The notes: generated by a model from the sequence alone, not told the origin. A stretch of DNA of 64,000 bases from Flavobacterium sp. (GCA_965284675.1 OZ260109.1:3257167-3321166), one strand, 5' to 3'. Positions 39,432-48,708 are shown, counted from the first letter of the stretch. Made by a program: numbers and translations.

Positions 39432-40196
39432 ATGGAAAAAAAACTAACAAAAGAAGGAAGATATACGTACTATGAAATTGGTGAAGGCACGCCAATTCTT
39501 GTTTTACACGGATTAATGGGCGGATTGAGTAATTTTGACGCTGTTGCCGATTATTTTTCTCAAAGAGGCTACAAAATTGTTATTCCGGAATTGCCTTTGT
39601 ATTCGCAAAACATATTGAAAACCAATGTAAAAGCGTTTTCAAAATTTGTAAAAGATTTTATTACGTTCAAAAAATTTGATCGCGTGATTTTGTTGGGCAA
39701 TTCGCTTGGTGGACACATCGGATTGTACCATTCGAAAATGTATCCAGAAAAAGTGGCTGGTTTGGTTTTGACGGGAAGTTCAGGATTGTACGAAAGTGCG
39801 ATGGGCGACAGTTATCCAAAACGAGGCGATTATGAATACATCAAAAACAAAACCGAAGCCGTTTTTTACGACCCAAAAGTAGCGACCAAAGAAATGGTTG
39901 ATGAAGTATTCGGAATTGTAAATGACCGCATCAAAGTAATCAAAACCCTTACCATTGCCAAAAGTGCAATTCGTCATAATATGGCGAAAGATTTACCCAA
40001 AATGCACGTACAAACATGTTTGATTTGGGGAAAAAATGACAAAGTAACGCCGCCCGAAGTGGCCGAAGAATTTAATAAATTAATGCCGAATTCTACTTTA
40101 TATTGGATTGATGAATGCGGTCATGCTGCCATGATGGAAAAGCCGGACGAGTTCAACCGATTGCTGCACGAATGGTTGCAAAAAGTGAATTTATAA
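39432..40196 (+). CDS. Alpha/beta-fold hydrolase
   Basis: VLHGLMGG, GNSLGG nucleophile elbow, WGKND, CGHAAMME. Confidence 0.92.
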   Translation: MEKKLTKEGRYTYYEIGEGTPILVLHGLMGGLSNFDAVADYFSQRGYKIVIPELPLYSQNILKTNVKAFSKFVKDFITFKKFDRVILLGNSLGGHIGLYHSKMYPEKVAGLVLTGSSGLYESAMGDSYPKRGDYEYIKNKTEAVFYDPKVATKEMVDEVFGIVNDRIKVIKTLTIAKSAIRHNMAKDLPKMHVQTCLIWGKNDKVTPPEVAEEFNKLMPNSTLYWIDECGHAAMMEKPDEFNRLLHEWLQKVNL

Positions 40197-40277
40197 TAGA
40201 AATCGGTTCAATCAAAAAAGAGTAATCGACTTCAAAACTAAAAGTCCGATTTGGACTTTTTTACTTCAATACCTATC

Positions 40278-40889
40278 ATGAAAATAAATACCGCCGAGTT
40301 CATCATCAGTAATTCCGACGTGAGTAAATGTCCCTTAGAGCGTATTCCAGAATATGCTTTTATTGGTCGTTCGAACGTAGGGAAATCTTCGTTGATTAAT
40401 ATGTTAACCGGACGAAATAGCTTGGCCAAAACGTCGTCACGCCCCGGAAAAACTCAGTTAATCAATCATTTTAAAATCAATAATAATTGGTTTTTGGTCG
40501 ATTTACCGGGTTATGGCTATGCCAAAGTTTCGAAAAAAACGAAAGAAGTGTTTCAGCAATTCATAACCGATTATTTTGAAAAAAGAGAACAATTGGTGTG
40601 TGCCTTTGTACTGATCGACATTCGGTTGGAAGCACAGAAAATCGATCTGGAATTCATCACCTACTTGGGTGAAACTGAAGTTCCGTTTTGCATTGTTTTT
40701 ACCAAAGCCGACAAAATTGGAAAAACCAAAGTTGACTCTCATATTGCAGCTTATAAAAAGAAAATTTTGGGCAACAATTGGGCCGAAATGCCACCTTATT
40801 TTGTTACTTCATCGGTTGAATCTACAGGAAGAGAACAAGTTTTGCAGTACATCAACGATATCAACGAAGAAGTATTTAAAAACAATTAG
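40278..40889 (+). CDS. engB: Ribosome biogenesis GTPase YihA/YsxC
   Basis: GRSNVGKSS, PGKTQ, DLPGYG, TKAD; ATG at 40278. Confidence 0.95.
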   Translation: MKINTAEFIISNSDVSKCPLERIPEYAFIGRSNVGKSSLINMLTGRNSLAKTSSRPGKTQLINHFKINNNWFLVDLPGYGYAKVSKKTKEVFQQFITDYFEKREQLVCAFVLIDIRLEAQKIDLEFITYLGETEVPFCIVFTKADKIGKTKVDSHIAAYKKKILGNNWAEMPPYFVTSSVESTGREQVLQYINDINEEVFKNN

Positions 40890-40890
40890 A

Positions 40891-41226
40891 CTATTTCTTA
40901 AGCTCTAACTTTTCGGCGAAATACTCGCAAAAATCACGCATGGTATCGGCCATTTTTTCATCGTTGGTAGCACGTTGGTAGGTGTCTGACATCGCCACAA
41001 GCGTTTGATGAAAGAATTGTTTCATTTCGTCTACCGGCATGTCTTTGGTCCACAAGTCGATGCGCAACGTTTCTTTGGCATTATTATCCCAAACAGAAAG
41101 CATGATGGCCTTGGTTTGTTGGTCGTCGATGCCGCCGTCTTGTGCTGTCCAAGCCAGTGATTCGGGCACGCGGTGTTCGTCTAATTGGACATTAAATTTT
41201 ATTTCGGAGTTGAGGGAATTACTCAT
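40891..41226 (-). CDS. gldC: Gliding motility protein GldC
   Basis: LRIDLWTKDMPVDEMKQFFHQTL..MSDTY.RAT.DEKM; directly downstream of gldB. Confidence 0.92.
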   Translation of the reverse strand: MSNSLNSEIKFNVQLDEHRVPESLAWTAQDGGIDDQQTKAIMLSVWDNNAKETLRIDLWTKDMPVDEMKQFFHQTLVAMSDTYQRATNDEKMADTMRDFCEYFAEKLELKK

Positions 41227-42190
41227 TTTTTTTAGGTTTGTATTTTGATTGTTCGAAAAGTTCTTTAGCGTCCATTTTGATCATGTCCTGCAACGAGACT
41301 TTTTCGTTGTTTTCCATGAAGGAACGCACAATTTGCCAACCTACCCAACGACCGATTCTACCCGGAGATTCGTTGTCGATTTCGAGATAGAATTTAGAAA
41401 ATGGAGCCAGATTGATGAATTGATTAGGCAATTTTGAATTGGAGCTGTACAGCAATTGATTTTCGATGAAGTACGTCCAAATGTACGCTTCATTTTCCTG
41501 ACTCCATGCGATTTGTTCGGGTGTGTAACCCATTTTTTCAGCGTCGGTATAATCGTCGCTCAGCAACGCATCTTTCAAATATAATTCCTTGCCGTGGTAG
41601 ATCATTAAATTTAGTAAAGTTTCGTCGGTTGGAACCGGAACAACTCCGATTGCAAAACTCGATGCAACTTCTGGAATTAGCTGTCGTTCTTCAAAATTTT
41701 GTGTGATGTAGGTCGGAAAATCAGTATAAAAACGGTGTTCTTTGCCGAGAAATAATTCTAAAGCGATGATTAATTTATCATTGGCGTAAATGACTTTATT
41801 GTTGTAATCCATTTCGCCAATCGCGGTATAAATCGCGGGCGTTTGCACTGTTGGAAAATGGTATTTTATACGTTTGAAGACTTCTTCGATCTCGGCTTGT
41901 TTTTCGTTGAAGTTGCTATACCTTTTTTTAACTTCAAAATACAATTCACGCCAAATTGGATCTTGCATACGCGCAATCCAAACAGCATCGGGTGTTCCTT
42001 CTTGGAAAAAGTCGGGAAATTTCGCCTTTACCAATTGCAGTTCCGACGGTTTAGCTTCGTAGAACGCTTGTTCAAAACGGTAGAGTTTCATTTCGAGAGG
42101 TATTTCTTCAATGGCTTTTTCTACCTTGCTTTTTTTATCACAAGAAGTAATTAAAAAGGTAAAAAGAACTAGTATAACGAATTTTTTCAT
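41219..42190 (-). CDS. gldB: Gliding motility lipoprotein GldB
   Basis: Lipobox ITSC; APFSKFYLEIDNESPGRIGRWVGWQIVRSFM. Confidence 0.92.
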   Translation of the reverse strand: MKKFVILVLFTFLITSCDKKSKVEKAIEEIPLEMKLYRFEQAFYEAKPSELQLVKAKFPDFFQEGTPDAVWIARMQDPIWRELYFEVKKRYSNFNEKQAEIEEVFKRIKYHFPTVQTPAIYTAIGEMDYNNKVIYANDKLIIALELFLGKEHRFYTDFPTYITQNFEERQLIPEVASSFAIGVVPVPTDETLLNLMIYHGKELYLKDALLSDDYTDAEKMGYTPEQIAWSQENEAYIWTYFIENQLLYSSNSKLPNQFINLAPFSKFYLEIDNESPGRIGRWVGWQIVRSFMENNEKVSLQDMIKMDAKELFEQSKYKPKKNE

Positions 42191-42205
42191 TGATAATCGA
42201 TGGTT

Positions 42206-42285
42206 TTAGCCCAGATAGCAGCGGAAATACTTTTGCGGTTTTGAATGTGTTTTTCTTCAGCAAAAAAAGCGACTGCAAGAAGCTC
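42206..42285 (+). repeat. Degenerate TAGCCC-family repeat in the gldB leader
   Basis: TAGCCCAGATAGCAGCGGAAATACTTTTG...CAAAAAAAGCGACTGC resembles the arms at 18516-18615 (reverse), 22675 and 31074. Confidence 0.5.
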
Positions 42286-42382
42286 TTTTTTGATGGTAGA
42301 AAAACCATTTTAAACCGTCTAAAGATTGTAGCGCATAGCTGGAATTAGCTTACAATAAAAAACGTAGTATTGTTTAAATTAT

Positions 42383-42398
42383 TATTTTTGCAAATATA
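42383..42398. promoter_or_regulatory. Back-to-back -7 boxes for nadE (+) and gldBC (-)
   Basis: TATTTTTG (+, 42383-42390) abuts CAAATATA (TATATTTG on -, 42391-42398). Confidence 0.55.
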
Positions 42399-42428
42399 CA
42401 TCACACAATTCTATATCTTCAATTAAAA

Positions 42429-43235
42429 ATGGCAAAAAAAAGTACGATTCAGGTTGAAAAGGTAAACGAACACATTGTTAATTGGTTGCGCGATTATGCG
42501 GTACAAGCGAAGGTAAACGGATTTGTGATTGGGATTTCGGGCGGCGTGGATTCGGCCGTAACTTCGACACTTTGTGCGCAAACTGGGCTTGAAGTGTTGT
42601 GTGTGGAAATGCCGATACACCAGCATCCGAGTCAGGTGAATCGCGGCCGCGAACACATTACGCAACTGGAAAAAAGGTTTCCGAATGTGCGACGCGCTGA
42701 AACCGACTTAACTCCGGTTTTTGAAGGATTTGTGCAGCAAGTCCCGAATACGGACAATGAGCATCGGTTGTATTTATCGTTGGCCAATACACGGGCACGA
42801 TTGCGCATGACTACACTGTATTATTATGCTGGAATCCACGGATTATTGGTGGCAGGAACGGGAAATAAAGTGGAAGATTTTGGCGTGGGTTTTTACACGA
42901 AATATGGCGACGGTGGCGTTGATTTGAGTCCGATTGCCGATTTAATGAAAAGCGATGTATATGCTTTAGGACAGTATCTTGAAATTCCGGATTCGATTCA
43001 GAATGCAGCGCCAACCGACGGCTTATTTGGCGATTCACGAACCGATGAAGACCAGTTGGGCGCGAGTTACGACGAATTGGAATGGGCAATGTTGGAAGCT
43101 GAAAAAGGGTCGATTTCTGAGGCGTTTTTAGGTAGAGAAAAAGAGGTCTTTGACATCTACATTCGGTTGAATAGAGCCAACAAACACAAGATGTTAGCGA
43201 TACCTGTTTGCAGCATTCCGATGAATTATAAGTAA
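42429..43235 (+). CDS. nadE: NH3-dependent NAD+ synthetase
   Basis: IGISGGVDS, NTRARLRM, GTGNKVE, YTKYGDG, AAPTDGL, DEDQLG. Confidence 0.96.
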   Translation: MAKKSTIQVEKVNEHIVNWLRDYAVQAKVNGFVIGISGGVDSAVTSTLCAQTGLEVLCVEMPIHQHPSQVNRGREHITQLEKRFPNVRRAETDLTPVFEGFVQQVPNTDNEHRLYLSLANTRARLRMTTLYYYAGIHGLLVAGTGNKVEDFGVGFYTKYGDGGVDLSPIADLMKSDVYALGQYLEIPDSIQNAAPTDGLFGDSRTDEDQLGASYDELEWAMLEAEKGSISEAFLGREKEVFDIYIRLNRANKHKMLAIPVCSIPMNYK

Positions 43236-43319
43236 TTTTTTAACATTTTTTTTAGTTGTTTTAATTTTATTTTGTACTTTTACGTGTTGTTTTTTTGAAT
43301 TTTTCTAAATTATAGAGTT

Positions 43320-43949
43320 ATGATAAACGTTTGTTTAGCTGATAACTATCCGGTGGTTCATTTTGGTGTTAAGTCCTATTTTAAAGAACACCCAGAAATC
43401 AGCGTCGTCTCAAATGTCGGCAGTTTTTTTATGGTTCCTGACGCGCTCAGAAACAAAGAAATAAATGTTTTAATTATTGATTTAGAGTTGGATGGCCTCA
43501 AAAGTATCTACGAATTGAAGGCAATTATTAAAAACTTCCCCAAAACTAAAGTGCTCATTTTCTCCAACTTAAACGAGCAAATTTATGCTTCCAATGCGAT
43601 TAAAGCAGGTGTTGCAGGTTACGTCCACAAGTCGGCCAAATTGGAAACCCTCGGAACGACTATCATCAGAGTTCATCAAGGATTGATTATGATGAGTGAA
43701 AGTTTAAAGAAAAATTTAGCGCTCATTTCCAAACAAAATAAATCGGAGCGGTTGTACCGAAAATTATCCAACCGTGAAATTGAAGTTTTGCGCTTTTTGT
43801 GCGATGGAAAGAAAAACAATGAAATCTCGAAAACTTTGGGATTGAACGAAAAAACAATCAGTACGTATAAATTGCGATTATTACAAAAACTGAATGTGAC
43901 GAATTTAGTCGATTTGGTAAATAAGGCGAAAACTCTGGATATTGTTTAA
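43320..43949 (+). CDS. NarL/FixJ-family response regulator (REC plus LuxR HTH)
   Basis: LADN, LIIDLEL and YVHK receiver motifs; LSNREIEVL..GKKNNEIS..L....KTISTYK. Confidence 0.92.
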   Translation: MINVCLADNYPVVHFGVKSYFKEHPEISVVSNVGSFFMVPDALRNKEINVLIIDLELDGLKSIYELKAIIKNFPKTKVLIFSNLNEQIYASNAIKAGVAGYVHKSAKLETLGTTIIRVHQGLIMMSESLKKNLALISKQNKSERLYRKLSNREIEVLRFLCDGKKNNEISKTLGLNEKTISTYKLRLLQKLNVTNLVDLVNKAKTLDIV

Positions 43950-44002
43950 AGTACGAAGTTAGAAGTACGAGATATAAAGTACGAAGTTACAATTCAATAT
44001 AT

Positions 44003-44036
44003 AAATCCTGGTTCTGATGAATCGGGATTTTTTTTA
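44003..44036 (+). terminator. Terminator after the response regulator
   Basis: AAATCCTGGTTC-TGAT-GAATCGGGATTT followed by a T tract. Confidence 0.75.
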
Positions 44037-44045
44037 CTCAAACTT

Positions 44046-44140
44046 GTCATTGCTTCGCCAGTTCGAGCAAAGTTCTCGGGTCAGACGAAGGAGGAATCCC
44101 ATCAAAATTGATTATGAGATTCCTCCTTCGTCGGAATGAC
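44046..44140. repeat. GTCATT...AATGAC palindromic element with a nested GTTCG-type repeat
   Basis: Perfect 15-bp inverted repeat GACGAAGGAGGAATC (44084-44098) / GATTCCTCCTTCGTC (44118-44132); ATTGCTTCGCCAGTTCG (44049-44065) is the exact reverse complement of 21779-21795. Confidence 0.75.
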
Positions 44141-44182
44141 AAAACAACAAAAGTTTAATAAGATTTTAAAATCTAGGGTGAA

Positions 44183-46159
44183 CTAGTTGTGTCGGGAAAT
44201 AACTCTGCCTAGTTTTTTGGAGAAGATGTTGGTCAATCCTAAATAATCGATGACCATAGAGAGTGTTTCCGAATTATCAGTTTCGGGTTCGGATGTAATT
44301 TCGCCTTTTAATTCTTCTATAATTTTATTAACCAAAAACCATCTCAGCGTTAGAATAGTTTCGGAAACATACTGACTTATGGTCTGATTTTTATTTTTTA
44401 CATATATGTGTTTCGTTTCCCAATTGTGTAGTACTTCGCGTTCGTTATTCATCACAATTGACGTAACTTCGTTGGCGATTTCGGGTGTGATGTGTTGCAA
44501 ATACGTTTCCAATTCAAACGTCTCATTTTGATTGTAGTAATCAATTAAATGCGTGTAAATCGATTGAAACAATGGATTGGCCAGTTCGACTTCGTCTTCC
44601 TGTAAACTCAGAAAAATACGCTGGTATACTTTATAGGTATTCAATTCTTTTACTTCGGTCATTTCACCATTCTCATCGGCTTTGAGCAAAATATCTTCAA
44701 ACTCATCTTCTTCGTTTCCGTACAACAATAGAATTTCGATGATTTTATGCTCTAATTCGTATTGAATATCGACATTCGCAGCAATTGAAATGGGTTCGTT
44801 TTTATGAACTTCAAAAGCTTTTTGATCTTCTTTGTGTTTTTTACCTAATTCTTGGATGTCTTTTTTAGAAATTTGAGCTAACGTATTGAACAAAACATCT
44901 TCCGAAATATCCATGATTCGCGACGTTTCTTGAATGTAGATTTCGCGTTTGATGCGGTCTGGAATTTTAGAAATACTCGTCACCATATCCCGAATCAAGT
45001 CAGCTTTTTTGATGGGATCGTTTTTGGCTTCCTTCATCAAAAGTGACGCTTTGAACTGAATGAAATCTTTGGCATTTTCATCCAAATAGTGAACCAAATC
45101 TTCGTACGATGTTTTTCGCGCAAAACTATCGGGATCGTCGCCATCGGGAAACGAGCAGACTTTAACGTTCATTCCTTCTTCGAGAATCAAATCAATTCCG
45201 CGAATGGACGCACGCAAACCTGCCGCGTCACCATCAAATAGAACGGTAACATTTTTCGTCAACCGATTGATCAACCGAATTTGATCGGGCGTTAATGCCG
45301 TTCCGGAAGAAGATACTACATTTTCGATTCCGGATTGATGCATCTGAATCACATCGGTATAACCTTCCACCAAAAAACAATTATCGAGTTTGGCGATGGC
45401 TTGTTTGGCGTGAAAAATGCCGTACAATACTTTACTTTTATGGTATAATTCGCTTTCGGGTGAATTGAGGTATTTAGCCGCTTTTTTATCTTGCGTAAGA
45501 ATTCGTCCACCGAAACCAAGTACACGTCCGCTCATGCTTTGAATGGGAAACATCACTCGTCCTTTGAATCGGTCGAATTGCTTGTCTTCACCAACAATTG
45601 TGAGTCCGGTTTTCTCCAAATACTCCAATTGATATCCTTTTCCCAACGCTTCTTTGGTGAATGCATCCCATTGATTGGGTGAATAGCCTAATTTGAATTT
45701 TTTGATGGTTTCGTTGGTGAATCCGCGCTCCTTAAAATACGTAAATCCGATGGCTTTTCCTTCTTCTTGATTCATCAACACATCGTGGAAATAGTTGGCG
45801 GCAAATTCCGACACCAAATACATACTTTCCTTTTCGTTGGCCTCGGCTTTATCTTCTTCAGAAAGTTCGGTTTCCTCAATTTCGATGTTGTATTTTTTGG
45901 CCAGATACCGAATGGCTTCTGGATAGGTAAACTGCGAATGTTCCATTAAAAAAGTAACCGAACTTCCGCCTTTACCGGTACTAAAATCTTTCCAGATTTG
46001 TTTCACGGGCGACACCATAAATGACGGCGTTCGTTCGTCAGAAAACGGACTCAGGCCTTTGAAATTGCTACCGGCACGTTTGAGCTGGACGAAATCACCA
46101 ATGACTTCTTCCACCCGTGCGGCATCAAAAACTTTATCTATGGTTTGTTTGGTTATCAA
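44183..46159 (-). CDS. dnaG: DNA primase
   Basis: GLSPFSDERTPSF (Bacteroidota zinc-finger variant), FKGRVMFPI, KYLNSPE, LVEGYTDVI, LFDGDAAG, DPD. Confidence 0.96.
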   Translation of the reverse strand: MITKQTIDKVFDAARVEEVIGDFVQLKRAGSNFKGLSPFSDERTPSFMVSPVKQIWKDFSTGKGGSSVTFLMEHSQFTYPEAIRYLAKKYNIEIEETELSEEDKAEANEKESMYLVSEFAANYFHDVLMNQEEGKAIGFTYFKERGFTNETIKKFKLGYSPNQWDAFTKEALGKGYQLEYLEKTGLTIVGEDKQFDRFKGRVMFPIQSMSGRVLGFGGRILTQDKKAAKYLNSPESELYHKSKVLYGIFHAKQAIAKLDNCFLVEGYTDVIQMHQSGIENVVSSSGTALTPDQIRLINRLTKNVTVLFDGDAAGLRASIRGIDLILEEGMNVKVCSFPDGDDPDSFARKTSYEDLVHYLDENAKDFIQFKASLLMKEAKNDPIKKADLIRDMVTSISKIPDRIKREIYIQETSRIMDISEDVLFNTLAQISKKDIQELGKKHKEDQKAFEVHKNEPISIAANVDIQYELEHKIIEILLLYGNEEDEFEDILLKADENGEMTEVKELNTYKVYQRIFLSLQEDEVELANPLFQSIYTHLIDYYNQNETFELETYLQHITPEIANEVTSIVMNNEREVLHNWETKHIYVKNKNQTISQYVSETILTLRWFLVNKIIEELKGEITSEPETDNSETLSMVIDYLGLTNIFSKKLGRVISRHN

Positions 46160-46253
46160 GTTTGGATTTTTAGATTTTTAGATTTTTAGAAACCTAAAAA
46201 ATGAATGTCGGTAAAATTACACATTCAGAATTTAAAATTTAAAATTTAAAATA

Positions 46254-46290
46254 AAAAAAAGGCGTTTCATTGCTGAAACACCTTTTTACA
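46254..46290 (-). terminator. Terminator after the ECF cassette
   Basis: Minus strand AAAAAGGTGTTTCA-GCAA-TGAAACGCCTTTTTTT. Confidence 0.8.
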
Positions 46291-46314
46291 TTATATAACT
46301 AACTCAAACAAAAT

Positions 46315-47361
46315 TTAATTCCAATCAAATCGAACACCTAACGATATGTTATTTTGATCTACGGCGTTGTCTTTAAACAACGGATTGATATCGTATTTAA
46401 CGTACAAACTCGTTTCTCCATGTCCGAAATAAGCACTCAATCCGTATGTCCAATCGTTTACGTTCCAATTTCCTTTTTGTCGTTCGTTGATGCGGTAACC
46501 ATCAACTTCATACGACAAAAATTGTTTTGAATTGGTGTTGTATCCTACATAACCTCCTATTCCGAATCGGAAACCCCTGTGGCTGTTGAAGATTTTATCT
46601 CCGTCGGCGTTAGTTTTATTTTTCGTAAAATCGAACTCCAAGTGAAGCGGCACCGTAACATACACATTTTTAAAATAGGTGTCTTTTTTTCTTAAATGCG
46701 TTGGAAACGTTGCCAATCCGGTTTGATCTCCATTTACTACGAAATAGCGGTTATCGGTAGCATTTAAGTGATTGTACATCCATGAAAAACCGTATTTTAA
46801 ATGCAATAAATTACTGTTTTTAGACAAGCGGTAGTTGCTGGTTAATCCCCATTCGTAAAAAGTCGAGCGCAAGTATCTGAAATCAGAATTGGCAATCGAA
46901 CCATTGGTCACTAAATTATTTGCTCCAAAGGCAAAAACAACTTGCGTAGTGGTTCTCGATTCACCTTTAACTCTGCGGATCGAATCGTTTGTATTTTTCC
47001 AACCCAAATCTAATGTATAGGTTCGATCTTTTGAAACTTCTTTGATTTTTCCATCAACTTTTTGTTGTACTAAATCGTTCAATTCGGCTTGTGCAACGGC
47101 CACTTTATTTTCGATAATGGTTGCTCTTGCTTCGGCTAATTTTTGTTTTTTCTCATCAGCTTGAGCAGTAGTAAGTGAACCGTTTTCGAGTTGTTTGTTT
47201 ACTTCCTCAACCTCTATTTTTAAGGCTTCTTTTTCTTCTTTTGTGATTTTTTCAATCTTTTCGGCTATGGCTTTTGCTCGTGATTCGAACGTGTCTTGCG
47301 CATTCATTTTTGCAGCCATTAGGCAGACTACAACGGCTAAATAAAGGGTAAAATTTCTCAT
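46315..47361 (-). CDS. Outer-membrane beta-barrel protein with N-terminal coiled coil
   Basis: Signal peptide to ..MNA/Q, ~80-aa E/K-rich helical segment, then strands (YVTVPLHLEFDF, FRFGIGGYVG) ending ISLGVRFDWN. Confidence 0.75.
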   Translation of the reverse strand: MRNFTLYLAVVVCLMAAKMNAQDTFESRAKAIAEKIEKITKEEKEALKIEVEEVNKQLENGSLTTAQADEKKQKLAEARATIIENKVAVAQAELNDLVQQKVDGKIKEVSKDRTYTLDLGWKNTNDSIRRVKGESRTTTQVVFAFGANNLVTNGSIANSDFRYLRSTFYEWGLTSNYRLSKNSNLLHLKYGFSWMYNHLNATDNRYFVVNGDQTGLATFPTHLRKKDTYFKNVYVTVPLHLEFDFTKNKTNADGDKIFNSHRGFRFGIGGYVGYNTNSKQFLSYEVDGYRINERQKGNWNVNDWTYGLSAYFGHGETSLYVKYDINPLFKDNAVDQNNISLGVRFDWN

Positions 47362-47390
47362 GATATTTGATTTTTGATTAATGATGTGTA

Positions 47391-48161
47391 CTAGTCTAAA
47401 TTATTTCTATTGGTAACGGCGACTTTTACTTCTTTGTAGTTTTTGCTCACCGTTTTGAAGACTTTTTCTCGAAAAGTCAGTTCTAATTCGCCATCTACTT
47501 GCGAAAGCAAACTGTTTGCGCTGACAGTAACTTTCGATGGTTTTCGGTTCAACTCGCTAAGGGCAATTACTTCTTTGTTTTCTGAATTGATTTGGTTCGA
47601 TAAAACTGGAGTTGGATTTTTACTTTCGTTGCTAACTTTGTTTTCGGCAATTACTTCTTGATTTTGGATTGGACTATTTTTTTGTTGATTAGGCATCGAT
47701 TTTTGGGCAACTGATGAATTGGATTTGATGATTGAAACTCGGTTGTTGGTTTTCGGTTGGCGGTTGTCAGTTGTCGGTTGTTGGTTTTCGGTTGTTGGTT
47801 GAGGCGTATTTTCTTCAACTTGAACTAACGGCTGCATCTCTTGGTTGAAAGTTGGATTATTTTCTATTTTTTCTGATGAATGGGTTGCAGAATCTTTGAG
47901 TACTTCTTGCGTTACCACAGTTGTATTAGGCGTGATTTCTGAAGTATTTTGATTGAAAAAAAACAAACCAGCAGTTACGAACACCAAAATGCTTGCAGCA
48001 ATCCCGAAGCGTCGGGACAACCAGCCAAAAGAACGCTTTGTTTTTTTTTCTTCGGCAACTGAAAGCATGGCGTCCAATCGATCCCAAGATTTTTCGCTGG
48101 GTTGGATTTCTCGAGAGTTGATTTGCTCTCGGATTTGTTTTTCAAATTTATTCGGTTCCAT
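47391..48161 (-). CDS. Putative anti-sigma factor (cytoplasmic domain, TM helix, disordered linker, helical C-terminus)
   Basis: QPSEKSWDRLDAML parallels TPSTKVWEQIELDL of the 13429 protein; basic patch then TM IAASILVFVTAGLFFF; overlaps the ECF stop. Confidence 0.7.
   Translation of the reverse strand: MEPNKFEKQIREQINSREIQPSEKSWDRLDAMLSVAEEKKTKRSFGWLSRRFGIAASILVFVTAGLFFFNQNTSEITPNTTVVTQEVLKDSATHSSEKIENNPTFNQEMQPLVQVEENTPQPTTENQQPTTDNRQPKTNNRVSIIKSNSSVAQKSMPNQQKNSPIQNQEVIAENKVSNESKNPTPVLSNQINSENKEVIALSELNRKPSKVTVSANSLLSQVDGELELTFREKVFKTVSKNYKEVKVAVTNRNNLD
47739..47801 (-). repeat. Nine in-frame heptamer repeats inside the anti-sigma linker
   Basis: (C/A)AAC(C/T)(A/G)(A/C) x9 = 63 bp, encoding QPTTENQ-QPTTDNR-QPKTNNR. 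Confidence 0.85.
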
Positions 48162-48708
48162 TAGAGTAATTTTTTAACTTGTTAATTTGTTCTTGCAACA
48201 TTTTTCTAGCGTGAGAAAGTTGCGATTTGGACGTTCCTTCATTGATTCCTAACATTGCTCCAATTTCGTGGTGTTTGAATCCTTCTATCGCATATAAATT
48301 GAACACCATTTTATATCCATCGGGCAAACCATCGATTAAGGTTTGAATATCTTCTACCGAAAATTTGCTTTCGATGTTATTGAAGCTTTCCTCAAAATAC
48401 GTTTCATCTTCAATAAAGGTTACTTTTTTCTGAACTCGGAGGAACGAAATACATTCGTTGATCATAATTCTTCTCACCCAACCTTCAAAACTTCCTTTGT
48501 GTTCAAAATTTTTCAAACTTGTAAACACTTTCATAAAAGCCGTAATCATAACATCTTCCGCCTGATGTAAGTCTTTTATATACTGACGGCAAACACTTAA
48601 CATTTTAGGAGCGAATTTGGAATAGATCTTTTGTTGTGCATGACGATTGTTCTCGACAGCCAGTTCGATTAATTCTTTTTCTTCTTGATGTAAGTTAATA
48701 ACCTTCAT
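48148..48708 (-). CDS. ECF RNA polymerase sigma factor
   Basis: AQQKIYSKF, QAEDVMITAF, SFEGWVRRIM; LPDGYKMVFNLYAIEGFKHHEIGAMLGINEGTSKSQLSHARK. Confidence 0.93.
   Translation of the reverse strand: MKVINLHQEEKELIELAVENNRHAQQKIYSKFAPKMLSVCRQYIKDLHQAEDVMITAFMKVFTSLKNFEHKGSFEGWVRRIMINECISFLRVQKKVTFIEDETYFEESFNNIESKFSVEDIQTLIDGLPDGYKMVFNLYAIEGFKHHEIGAMLGINEGTSKSQLSHARKMLQEQINKLKNYSNGTE

Noticed and set aside
43320-43949. Orphan response regulator as a novel pseudo-receiver
   Set aside because: The phosphoacceptor Asp, the Ser and the Lys are present; only the DD pair is DN, so it is an ordinary NarL-type protein.
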